From NCBI RefSeq assembly GCF_900167395.1, contig NZ_FUWK01000028.1, positions 1-32,000 of the forward strand: 32,000 nt of DNA, given 5' to 3'. The notes below the pieces were generated by a model, which ran no database searches, was not told the origin of the DNA, and was given only the letters and a program-made list of their open reading frames with translations. Shown piece by piece: positions 1 through 8,253 of this stretch (positions are counted from its first letter, which is position 1; each line of letters begins with the position of its first letter). Made by a program: the position numbers and the translations under genes. Origin of the DNA: Nitrosomonas europaea. Lineage in GTDB: Bacteria > Pseudomonadota > Gammaproteobacteria > Burkholderiales > Nitrosomonadaceae.

Positions 1-279
1 ACTGGCTGTTTTCAATATCTCATTGGCTCGGCGCAGTTCCCTGTTCTCACGCTCCAACGCCTTGAGGCGATCACGTTCACTGCTTGTCAGACCTTCGCGT
101 GCGCCATTGTTAATTTCGCTACGTTTAACCCATTCCAGCAACGTGGAGGGCACACAGCCAATCTTGGGTGCAATTGATTCAACCGCCGCCCATAGCGATG
201 GATATTCGCCTCGATGTTCCTGTACCAGACGAACAGATCGTTCACGAACTTCAGGGGAAAACTTTGTTTGATTGCTCAT
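1..279 (-). CDS. IS3-family transposase OrfA, N-terminal part (partial, runs off window)
   Basis: Absent from the ORF track because it has no stop in the window. Reverse-strand translation from ATG 277-279 gives [93 protein letters not shown]. This is the HTH plus leucine-zipper layout typical of IS3 OrfA. Confidence 0.8.
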   Translation of the reverse strand, partial: MSNQTKFSPEVRERSVRLVQEHRGEYPSLWAAVESIAPKIGCVPSTLLEWVKRSEINNGAREGLTSSERDRLKALERENRELRRANEILKTAS

Positions 280-329
280 GGCTCCATTCTCTCAAAAGTT
301 GGAGCCTCCTCAAAACCCGGGGCGATTCA
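1..329 (-). mobile_element. IS3-family insertion sequence, one terminus only (element continues past window start)
   Basis: The minus strand from 329 reads TGAATCGCCCCGGGTTTTGAGGAGGC. This TG-initiated end resembles IS3-family terminal repeats as I remember them (IS2/IS407-like 'TG..GCCCC'). orfA starts 50 nt further in, at 279. Confidence 0.6.
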
Positions 330-2105
330 CTTCTTCGGAACGTACAAATCCGTGATCGTACCTTCAGCCAGCTCTGCAGCAAAAAGAATGGTCTCAGACA
401 AAGTAGGATGAGGATGGATGGTCAGTCCGATGTCCTGCATATCAGCCCCCATTTCCAAAGCCAACACGGTTTCTGCAATCAGCTCTCCCGCATGCGGCCC
501 AACCATGCCAGCTCCTAAAATTCTTTTACTGACCTTATCAAAGAGTAGTTTGGTCATGCCTTCGTCGCGCGTCATGGTAATGGCACGACCACTGGCAGCC
601 CAGGGAAATACTGCTTTCTCATAAGCGATACCCTGCTTTTCGGCTTCGGTTTCTGTCAGCCCCATCCAGGCAACTTCAGGATCGGTATAGGCAACCGAGG
701 GAATGGTACGTGCATCGAATGTAACCTTGTGCCCAGCAATGACTTCCGCCGCAATCTTACCTTCATGGGATGCTTTATGCGCCAGCATGGGATCTCCGGC
801 AATATCACCAATTGCAAAAATATGCGGAACACTGGTCCGCATTTGCTTATCCACTGGAATGAATCCACGTTCATCCACATTGATACCGGCAGCTCCGGCA
901 TCGATCAGTTTTCCGTTTGGCCGACGCCCGACTGCAACCAGCACCCGATCATATCGTTGTGGCTCAGGCGCCTGTTCACCCTCGAAAAATACCTGCAAAC
1001 CTTCCTTATCCGCTTCAACCCGGCTGACACTGGTATTGAGGTAAATTGCTTCGCATTCCGTTTTCAATTTTTTGTAAAGCGGCTTGATCAGATCAGTATC
1101 GGCTCCCGGAATGAGTTGCGCCATCCGTTCCACAATGCTGATCCTGGTACCCAGCGCATGATAGACCGTAGCCATCTCCAGCCCGATGATCCCCCCTCCC
1201 AGAATAAGCATGCGTTCAGGAATCTCTGCTAATGCCAGCGCTCCGGTTGAATCAATGATGCGTTCATCGGCTGGGAGCCCCGGGATACGCGCTGCACTGG
1301 ATCCGGCCGCAATGACACAATGGTCGAACGAAATCGTTTTGATTCCATCTGATGTTTCAACTTCAATCAGATGCGGATTGACGAACTTTCCAGTACCATG
1401 GATGACAGTTACCTTGCGCTGTCTGGCAAGCATCGACAAACCCTTGGTCAGCTTGCCCACCACCGATTCTTTCCATGAGCGCAGTTTGCCAACATCGATT
1501 TCAGGTTGTCCGAAACGAATACCGTACAGACTCGCTTCTTTCGCTTCCGTAAGCGTTTTTGCGGCATGCAACAGCGCCTTGGAAGGAATACAGCCCACAT
1601 TCAGGCAAACGCCACCCAACGCGGGATAGCGCTCGATCAGCACAACCTGCTTACCCAGGTCAGCGGCGCGAAATGCCGCAGTATAGCCACCCGGACCGGC
1701 TCCCAGCACGACGACTTCAGCATGTATATCACCACGATCGGCGACAGAAGCTAACGCTACTTTCCCAGCCGTCGCTTCTGCTGCACTTGTAATGGTCGGC
1801 TGAGAATCCGGCACGGCCATGGTATCGCGAGGCGGTGTCGGCGATGCCACCTGAGTATCTGTTTCTCTGGTTTCCAGTGTGACAATGAGTGAACCTTGTG
1901 AAATTCTGTCACCCGCTTTGACATGTATCTCCCGCACAATGCCTGCCTGGGGTGCAGGCACTTCCATCGATGCTTTATCAGTTTCAAGTACCAGCAAAGG
2001 GGTTTCCTGCTCGACTTCATCACCCGGACTCACCAGGATTTCTACTACCGGAACCTCCTGGAAATCCCCAATATCGGGCAAAGTTACTTTTATAAATTGC
2101 GTCAT
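327..2105 (-). CDS. lpdA: Dihydrolipoamide dehydrogenase (E3) with N-terminal lipoyl domain
   Basis: Lipoyl domain '[14 protein letters not shown]', FAD motif '[11 protein letters not shown]', redox disulfide '[13 protein letters not shown]', NAD motif '[10 protein letters not shown]', C-terminal 'HPHPTLSE'. The ORF extends to ATG 2129, but the ATG at 2103-2105 ([15 protein letters not shown]) matches the usual N-terminus and removes the overlap with proA. Confidence 0.95.
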   Translation of the reverse strand: MTQFIKVTLPDIGDFQEVPVVEILVSPGDEVEQETPLLVLETDKASMEVPAPQAGIVREIHVKAGDRISQGSLIVTLETRETDTQVASPTPPRDTMAVPDSQPTITSAAEATAGKVALASVADRGDIHAEVVVLGAGPGGYTAAFRAADLGKQVVLIERYPALGGVCLNVGCIPSKALLHAAKTLTEAKEASLYGIRFGQPEIDVGKLRSWKESVVGKLTKGLSMLARQRKVTVIHGTGKFVNPHLIEVETSDGIKTISFDHCVIAAGSSAARIPGLPADERIIDSTGALALAEIPERMLILGGGIIGLEMATVYHALGTRISIVERMAQLIPGADTDLIKPLYKKLKTECEAIYLNTSVSRVEADKEGLQVFFEGEQAPEPQRYDRVLVAVGRRPNGKLIDAGAAGINVDERGFIPVDKQMRTSVPHIFAIGDIAGDPMLAHKASHEGKIAAEVIAGHKVTFDARTIPSVAYTDPEVAWMGLTETEAEKQGIAYEKAVFPWAASGRAITMTRDEGMTKLLFDKVSKRILGAGMVGPHAGELIAETVLALEMGADMQDIGLTIHPHPTLSETILFAAELAEGTITDLYVPKK

Positions 2106-2109
2106 CGTT

Positions 2110-3378
2110 TTATTCTCTGATATGGCCATCGCCCAGCACGATGAATTTCTGGCTGGTCAACCCTTCCAGCCCCACCGGACCGCGTGCATGCAACTTATCT
2201 GTAGAAATACCGATTTCCGCTCCCAGACCATATTCAAATCCATCAGCAAAACGGGTCGAAGCATTTATCATAACTGAGCTGGAATCGACTTCACGCAGAA
2301 ACTGGCGGGCACGTGAATAATCTTCGGTCACGATGGCATCAGTGTGCTGTGATCCATAGGTGGCAATATGGGTAATAGCCTGATCGATATCTTCCACGAT
2401 ACGAACACTCAGTACCGGCGCAAGATATTCAGCGTACCAGTCTTCCTCCACAGCTGGTTTTATCCCGGCAACGAGTGCACGAGCAGCTTCATCCCCCCGC
2501 AGCTCCACTCCCTTTTCCAGAAGAATTTTGCAGATACGCGGCAGAAACCGTTCAGCAATTCCGGCATGGACCAGTAATGTTTCCATGGTATTACACGTAC
2601 CGTAACGCTGAGTTTTAGCGTTATCGGCCACGCGCACGGCTTTTTCCAGATCAGCCGATAAATCGACATAAACATGGCATACACCATCCAGATGCTTGAT
2701 GACCGGCACACGCGCCTCGTTTGCAATTCGCTCGATCAACCCCTTGCCGCCGCGCGGGACGACCATATCCACATACTCGCTCATGGTGATCAGTTCACCC
2801 ACCGCGGCGCGATCCGTCGTTTCCACTACCTGCACTGCGTGCTCGGGTAACCCAGCCGATCTAAGCCCTTCTTGCACACAAGCAGCAATGGCCTGGTTAC
2901 TTTGTATGGCCTCGGATCCTCCGCGCAAAATCGCTGCATTACCGGCCTTCAGGCATAAACCGGCAGCATCCGCCGTTACATTCGGGCGAGCTTCGTAAAT
3001 GATGGCAATTACTCCCAGCGGCACCCGCATCCTGCCTACCTGGATACCGGAGGGCCGATAATCCAAATCTGTTACTGCTCCTATTGGATCAGATAGTGCG
3101 GCAATCTGCTCCAGGCCGGCAGCCATGCTTGCAATCCCCTTTGGAGTCAATGTCAGGCGATCGATCATGGCAGGTTCGAGACCTTTGTTTCTGGCCTGTG
3201 CCACATCTGCAGCATTGGCCGCCAGCAACGATGCCTCATGACAACGGATAGCCCGGGCCATCGCAATGAGTGCATGATTTTTGACGGCAGTATCCGCTTT
3301 CGCGACTATTCGCGCTGCCGCACGCGCCGCACGCCCGAGAGCTTGCATGTCAGCCTGTATCTTTTCGGTTTTTTCCAT
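2110..3378 (-). CDS. proA: Gamma-glutamyl phosphate reductase
   Basis: 422 aa, full-length ProA-like: 'IYEARPNVT', '[11 protein letters not shown]', '[20 protein letters not shown]', ending 'GDGHIRE'. Confidence 0.95.
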
Positions 3379-3439
3379 GTGGAATGTTGGTTCGTCGGCA
3401 ATTAAAGGTCATTTGACAGCATAGAGTCCGGTCAACCGG

Positions 3440-4114
3440 TTATTTACCGGATCGTCCAGATGCCGATCCCCGCCATTTACCGGCCTGGATCAGTTTATTT
3501 CTGAGGCCTGGCAGCGGGTAATCGAGTGCATAAGCCTTCTCGGCATAATGACTGGCTTTTTCGTAGTTTTTCTGCTTGAAATACAGCAACCCGAGGTTAT
3601 AAAGAATCGTGGCATTGTCGGGTTCCAGATTGGCCGCTACTTCCAGCTGCTCGAGCGCTTCCTTGTTTCTGCCGCGATGCGACAAAAACGCACTGTAGAT
3701 TGATCGAACTTGCACATCTTTCATATTCATACGGATTGCTCGGTCGAAATAACATTCGACCGGGTATTTCAGGCCTTTAATACGCGTAGATTTCTCTTTA
3801 ATTGAATACTTAAATAGCGAAACCAATGCCCGATGATGATTGGGCCAGGCGTGCAAAGTGTAATTCAGATCTTTAGCAGGCGTTGAACTCGTACTTCCTC
3901 TAATCAAATCTTCGACATCGGAGGTAAAGTGAAAGTCTTCAACAATCTTCAGCTGTTCCGAATGATTAAACCGATCCATATAATCAAACGGACCATAATG
4001 AGATCCTTTCAACTCACCACAATAAATTCCCTTCTTAGCAGCTACTACTGGCAGCGGCATTAGAAAGAATACGATTATTACAAAAACTGAAGCTTTTAGA
4101 ATCTTCATAGACAT
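3440..4114 (-). CDS. Secreted TPR-repeat protein, function unknown
   Basis: N-terminal signal peptide (MSMKILKASVFVIIVFFLMPLPVVAAKK). C-terminal TPR-like repeats ('EALEQLEVAANLEPDNATILYNLGLLYFKQKNYEKASHYAEKAYAL'). The gene is AT-rich: I counted 35% GC in the 60 nt at 3781-3840. Confidence 0.7.
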   Translation of the reverse strand: MSMKILKASVFVIIVFFLMPLPVVAAKKGIYCGELKGSHYGPFDYMDRFNHSEQLKIVEDFHFTSDVEDLIRGSTSSTPAKDLNYTLHAWPNHHRALVSLFKYSIKEKSTRIKGLKYPVECYFDRAIRMNMKDVQVRSIYSAFLSHRGRNKEALEQLEVAANLEPDNATILYNLGLLYFKQKNYEKASHYAEKAYALDYPLPGLRNKLIQAGKWRGSASGRSGK

Positions 4115-4213
4115 TTCGTTTTCTCTCCAGAATTTGATGTTGCTTTCCAGTTACGGTAATGGTACCCAGCAGCTTAGTAGGAAGCTGATTGTTACATTTC
4201 GCTACCTGCAAAA

Positions 4214-4771
4214 TCAGCGGTCCGTCAACAAACACCATTTCTGCAAACGTCTATTGTAGAGGATAAGCGATACGATCGTTCTGATGAGTAAATTATGCCA
4301 CTGTGCAACAGGATAATCCGGTTGCACCATGGGATCCCTGAAATCAGCCATCCACGGAATACCCGTCAAACGCTGCAAGGTCAGCCCGATCAAATGTGCC
4401 GTTGCAATAGGATAAGTCGACCAGATTACATCCGGCTTATACTTTTTGATCAGATACCATCCTGCGGGCACTGCGCCCAGCCACCAGCTCACCCAGCGAT
4501 CCGGTAAGGCCAGCACTCGCGGATATCGCCCCATCACCTTCAGATGCCTCGCTGTATCCAGCGCAAACGCCCGATGAATACGCACTTGTTGCGGAATATC
4601 CGCCAGCTGGCCAGAATCGATCTGCTGGTAGGCGCGCGGTGAAGGCGCCAGAATAATCGGCTCCCAGCCATGATCAGGCAAATATCGGGCAAAACGCAAT
4701 GTCCGCTGCATTCCGCTGCTACCGTGCAAAGGCGGGAAATGGTAAGCGATCATCAATACACGTTTTACCAT
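4214..4771 (-). CDS. Glycosyltransferase (GT-B/GT4-like), N-terminal domain only; probably a truncated remnant
   Basis: 'KRVLMIAYHFPPLHGSSGMQRTLRFARYLPDHGWEPIIL' is a typical GT4 N-terminus, and the ORF stops after 185 aa. Only about 100 nt lie before the next gene, so there is no room for the donor-binding C-terminal domain. Its start overlaps the upstream hydrolase stop by 7 nt. Confidence 0.6.
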   Translation of the reverse strand: MVKRVLMIAYHFPPLHGSSGMQRTLRFARYLPDHGWEPIILAPSPRAYQQIDSGQLADIPQQVRIHRAFALDTARHLKVMGRYPRVLALPDRWVSWWLGAVPAGWYLIKKYKPDVIWSTYPIATAHLIGLTLQRLTGIPWMADFRDPMVQPDYPVAQWHNLLIRTIVSLILYNRRLQKWCLLTDR

Positions 4772-5637
4772 GACAACACTCGATTTGCGGTCAGTTCTGT
4801 CACCTGATCACGCCATTCACGCGTGGAAAATGTATGGTTGGCGCTTTCCATGTGGCAAAGTTCTGTCTGCTTTGTTCTCAGAGTAGCTTGCCAATCTGCC
4901 GATGAATCGACCAGATCCAGAAATTCACGCGCCGTCAGATCATTTCCACTGGTAATGATCAGTATTTTTCCCTGGAAACGCTTCAGGCCATCCAGCATAC
5001 GCTCCGGCAAAGGAACAGTCAGGTCGCATGCTGAACCAGCACTTTTTTCTGAGACAGCCGGACTTTTCCCGCCCCGCAAGCTGTTCCTGCCAAATTCATA
5101 TAAAGACCGGATAGAAGCCAGTGGATTGAATTTTCCACCCAGCAGTTTTTTCCAGAATTCCGGATCGAACAGACGTTCCAGGTAATAGTGTTTCAGGTAC
5201 GCTTTGGCAATCCCTTGTTCTGTTCGCACCCAGGGATTCAGCAACACCAGCCCGCTCACTCGCGAATCCTGGTGGGCATGGAATAACGCTGCCGATGCTG
5301 CGTCACATAATCCCCAGATCACGATATCTTCCAGAAAAGGACATTCACTGAAAAAAAAGTCGGCAGCACTGCGCAAATCCTCCCCGACATGTTCAAATGT
5401 TCGTATCTCACCGTCACTGTCCCCCATTCCCCGGAAATCGAACCGCATGACAGCAATACCGCGCTCCGCCAGATAGCGCGCCAGCAAAACAAACTGTCGG
5501 TGACTGCCAACGCGATACTGCGGCCCGCCAACGACAATCAGCACACCTCGTGTAACCGGTTGCTGCGGTAGATGTAAAACCCCGTAAAGCCAGTCGTGAT
5601 GGCAACAAAAACGTACCGCTTGTTCCTGAACATTCAT
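4765..5637 (-). CDS. Alpha/beta-fold protein, exosortase-A-system-associated hydrolase family (likely the 'hydrolase 1' type)
   Basis: 'VVGGPQYRVGSHRQFVLLARYLAERGIAVMRFDFRGMGDSDG', nucleophile elbow 'IWGLCDAAS' (Cys in the Ser position), C-terminal 'ESANHTF'. ATGA overlap with the upstream gene. Confidence 0.75.
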   Translation of the reverse strand: MNVQEQAVRFCCHHDWLYGVLHLPQQPVTRGVLIVVGGPQYRVGSHRQFVLLARYLAERGIAVMRFDFRGMGDSDGEIRTFEHVGEDLRSAADFFFSECPFLEDIVIWGLCDAASAALFHAHQDSRVSGLVLLNPWVRTEQGIAKAYLKHYYLERLFDPEFWKKLLGGKFNPLASIRSLYEFGRNSLRGGKSPAVSEKSAGSACDLTVPLPERMLDGLKRFQGKILIITSGNDLTAREFLDLVDSSADWQATLRTKQTELCHMESANHTFSTREWRDQVTELTANRVLSW

Positions 5638-6470
5638 GGCTGGATTCCGGCAAATAGCTTAGCAGTGGCTGCCAGCAGTGCCGGGCATTCGCTGATTTCC
5701 TGAGTAGCCCAGAACGGCAACCCGGGTATGAGTGTTACTTCCGGATAAACACCAGACTGGTTCCATGCCTCCACGACCGCAGCACCAGCAGGAGGAAGCC
5801 CGCGACCCGCTTCGGGCGTGATCTCAAACCAGTATATTTCACTGTTCCCGACGACCAGCTGACCCAGTTTCAACTCATCGATCGCAGCCGCCATTGCGGG
5901 AGAAAGCGTATACCCTGCTATTTCAAGCGATTTACCTGCTCTGAGTTCTTCACGAAGATGAACATTCTGAGCTTTATCCGAATCATCCGACAGGAGCTTA
6001 TTCACCAGCCGCAAACGTAAAAATTGAGTTAAAAATGATTTACCGTTGATGACAGGTTGCCAGAGTATAAACTTTGCCGAACCTGTTTCTGCCTTCCCGG
6101 CATAATCCAGTGCCAGCAGGGCTCCCAGCCGTAATCCCCAAAAATGAACCGATGTAAATCCCTGCTGTATCAACCACTGGTAAGCAAATTCAACATCGTT
6201 TTTCCAGATCTCCCAGGTAGCCTCCCCGAAATCTCCTGCGCTGTCCCCGCAACCATACAAGTCTATCTGCAGTACACCAAACCCCATCGCTGCGAACGCT
6301 TTGGCCTGCAGAGCAGCCATACGTCGGGACTTATTCATTTCTTCCGCAAACGGATGAAGATAGATAAATACCTGGTTTAATGGCGTATCCCCGGCGGGGG
6401 AGTGGTAGAGGCAGAAACGTTTTCCCGGCGAAGCATCCAGAAAGAAAGGTTCAGCCGGTGGATTTTCCAT
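5634..6470 (-). CDS. Alpha/beta-fold protein, exosortase-A-system-associated hydrolase family (likely the 'hydrolase 2' type)
   Basis: 'IYLHPFAEEMNKSRRMAALQAKAFAAMGFGVLQIDLYGCGDSAGDF', elbow 'HFWGLRLGALLAL' (Arg in the Ser position). Starts 6 nt after the ACP stop. Confidence 0.75.
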   Translation of the reverse strand: MENPPAEPFFLDASPGKRFCLYHSPAGDTPLNQVFIYLHPFAEEMNKSRRMAALQAKAFAAMGFGVLQIDLYGCGDSAGDFGEATWEIWKNDVEFAYQWLIQQGFTSVHFWGLRLGALLALDYAGKAETGSAKFILWQPVINGKSFLTQFLRLRLVNKLLSDDSDKAQNVHLREELRAGKSLEIAGYTLSPAMAAAIDELKLGQLVVGNSEIYWFEITPEAGRGLPPAGAAVVEAWNQSGVYPEVTLIPGLPFWATQEISECPALLAATAKLFAGIQP

Positions 6471-6476
6471 GCAGTC

Positions 6477-6728
6477 TCAGTGCGACAGTTTATGTTCGAC
6501 AAAAAGCGCCAGGCTTCCGAGTGTTTCAAAAGTCTGTGCACTGATTTCATCGTCATCCACCGAGAAATCGAAGTATTCCTCGAGCGCGGTAATCACATTG
6601 ACCACCGCCATCGAATCCAGCTCCGGAATATTTCCGAGTAAAACGGAACTGGCTGTCAGCGTGTGTTTTCTCTCTCCGAGATTCAACACATCACCCAAAA
6701 TGTTTCTGACTGCTTCAAGATGCTGCAT
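6477..6728 (-). CDS. Acyl carrier protein (stand-alone, exosortase-A-locus type)
   Basis: 83 aa from ATG 6726-6728, preceded by GGAG. 'LDSMAVVNVITALEEYF' fits the DSL-type phosphopantetheine attachment motif. The track ORF extends to a GTG at 6749. Confidence 0.75.
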   Translation of the reverse strand: MQHLEAVRNILGDVLNLGERKHTLTASSVLLGNIPELDSMAVVNVITALEEYFDFSVDDDEISAQTFETLGSLALFVEHKLSH

Positions 6729-6937
6729 AATCACTCCACAAAAGATCACTGCTTGATGTTGACGGCATTTTAAGACAGTTTTTTAAAACGTGCCGCATTG
6801 ATCACTCCCGCAAACAGGTTGAGGAAACACCCGTATATCATGCACAAACTGCTTATTTCCGATATTAAGCCATTGGTTCTGCTGATGTTGCATCTGCCGA
6901 TATACCTACTTCACGGGTTGACTGCCCCGGCAGCCTC

Positions 6938-8128
6938 ATGAACTGGTATGAACTGTACTGGCAACGCATCACCCCGCTGCATCTTTTTTTGTGGCCGGTC
7001 AGCCAATTGCTCATCCTGTTTCAGTCTGTCCGGCGTTTTCTTTACCGGCGCGCGATACTGACTTCGATTCACCTGCCCGTACCGATCATTATCATCGACA
7101 GTATAACCACTGACAGTCCGGTCAAAACATCACTCATCATTCAGATTGCCAATATCCTGAAAGCAGCAGGGCTGCGGCCCGGGATCATCAGCCGCGGCTA
7201 TCCCGACAACCATCGTCCGCCGACAAGGGTGACGATCAGTAGTCATCCCCATCTCACTGGTGAGAAATCACTGTTGCTCACCTACCATTTACGTGAAACC
7301 TGCCCGGTATGGATCGGTTATGACCGGATAGAAACAGCAAAGGCTTTACTAAATGCTCACAAGGAATGCAATGTGCTGATCTGTGATGATGGCTTGCAGG
7401 ATCTTCGTCTGCAGCGTGATTTCGAAGCTGTCATCGTCGATACCAGTGTCATCAATTCAGGAAATGGCCTGATCATGCCTGCCGGGCCGCTACGAGACAG
7501 TTTTGCACGTTTGAAACACACTGACGCCGTCATACTGGCCGGCCATCAAAGGCGGATACCGGATATCACGGATGAAATCAGAACGATTCACACCCGTCCA
7601 CAGAAAGAACATTTTTTCAATCTGTCATGGCCCGAGCTGACAGCCGATGCAGCGGGACTGGCAGGCAAACGCATTCATGCCATTGTCTGCGATCCGGATA
7701 CACAAAACTTTCTGGACAACCTCGAATTCCTGAAACTGACCGTCACTCCTCGTGTATTTCCGGAAAATCACCATTTTATTGCAACGGACTTCCAGTCTGA
7801 TGAAGCCGAAATCATCCTGATACCGGAAGAAGATGCAGTAAAATGTCTGAGTCTGCACGATGATCGCATCTGGGTTTTACAACAGGAATATCGTGTCGAT
7901 CCCGGGTTACGCGAAATCATACTTAAGAAGTTGAGAGAAAAATTCATGGATCCAAAACTCCTGGACATTCTGGTCTGCCCATTATGCAAAGGCTCACTTA
8001 TTTACAAAAAAGACCGGCTGGAACTGATCTGCAAGGCGGATCGGCTGGCATATCCCATTCGGGATGGCATCCCCGTCATGCTGGAGGATGAAGCCAGAAA
8101 ACTGCCTGACGAAGAAGAAATCAAATAG
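6938..8128 (+). CDS. lpxK: Tetraacyldisaccharide 4'-kinase (LpxK) homologue with divergent catalytic motifs, fused in frame to a Trm112/YcaR-like domain
   Basis: LpxK-like throughout ('[10 protein letters not shown]', '[20 protein letters not shown]', '[14 protein letters not shown]', 'EEDAVK'). The Walker A position reads '[13 protein letters not shown]'. There is no stop codon before the YcaR-like segment. Confidence 0.8.
   Translation: MNWYELYWQRITPLHLFLWPVSQLLILFQSVRRFLYRRAILTSIHLPVPIIIIDSITTDSPVKTSLIIQIANILKAAGLRPGIISRGYPDNHRPPTRVTISSHPHLTGEKSLLLTYHLRETCPVWIGYDRIETAKALLNAHKECNVLICDDGLQDLRLQRDFEAVIVDTSVINSGNGLIMPAGPLRDSFARLKHTDAVILAGHQRRIPDITDEIRTIHTRPQKEHFFNLSWPELTADAAGLAGKRIHAIVCDPDTQNFLDNLEFLKLTVTPRVFPENHHFIATDFQSDEAEIILIPEEDAVKCLSLHDDRIWVLQQEYRVDPGLREIILKKLREKFMDPKLLDILVCPLCKGSLIYKKDRLELICKADRLAYPIRDGIPVMLEDEARKLPDEEEIK
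7946..8128 (+). other. Trm112/YcaR (UPF0434) zinc-ribbon-like domain; could also be translated separately from the internal ATG
   Basis: '[53 protein letters not shown]' is the canonical 60-aa YcaR sequence. The internal ATG at 7946 has GAGAG about 8 nt upstream. Confidence 0.8.
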
Positions 8129-8168
8129 CGCCACGCTCTTTCATACCCTTTTCCATTCAGAATCATTC

Positions 8169-8190
8169 ACACGGCGGGTATCCGCCGTGT
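8169..8190. terminator. Hairpin between convergent genes (possible bidirectional terminator)
   Basis: ACACGGCGG-GTAT-CCGCCGTGT: perfect 9-bp GC-rich stem with a 4-nt loop. Only a weak T-rich tail follows (CTGTCTCTC). Confidence 0.35.
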
Positions 8191-8253
8191 CTGTCTCTCA
8201 ACCTGAATTTCCATCAGCCCGCAAGGTAAGGCCGGTTTCTGTTACCTGCAATC

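Noticed and set aside
23-624. Several plus-strand ORFs (23-271, 168-518, 214-411, 418-624) at the window start
   Set aside because: They are antisense shadows of the IS3 orfA (1-279) and of lpdA, which have strong family signatures. The plus-strand translations are low-complexity Arg/Ser-rich with no recognisable motifs.
2105-2129. Apparent 20-nt overlap of lpdA with proA
   Set aside because: It is resolved by using the internal ATG at 2103-2105, which gives the canonical lipoyl-domain N-terminus. The overlap is probably an ORF-calling artefact.
4035-4238. 67-aa minus-strand ORF overlapping the TPR gene start and the GT fragment end
   Set aside because: It overlaps two better-supported ORFs. 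At most it is a degraded out-of-frame remnant of the glycosyltransferase, not an independent gene.
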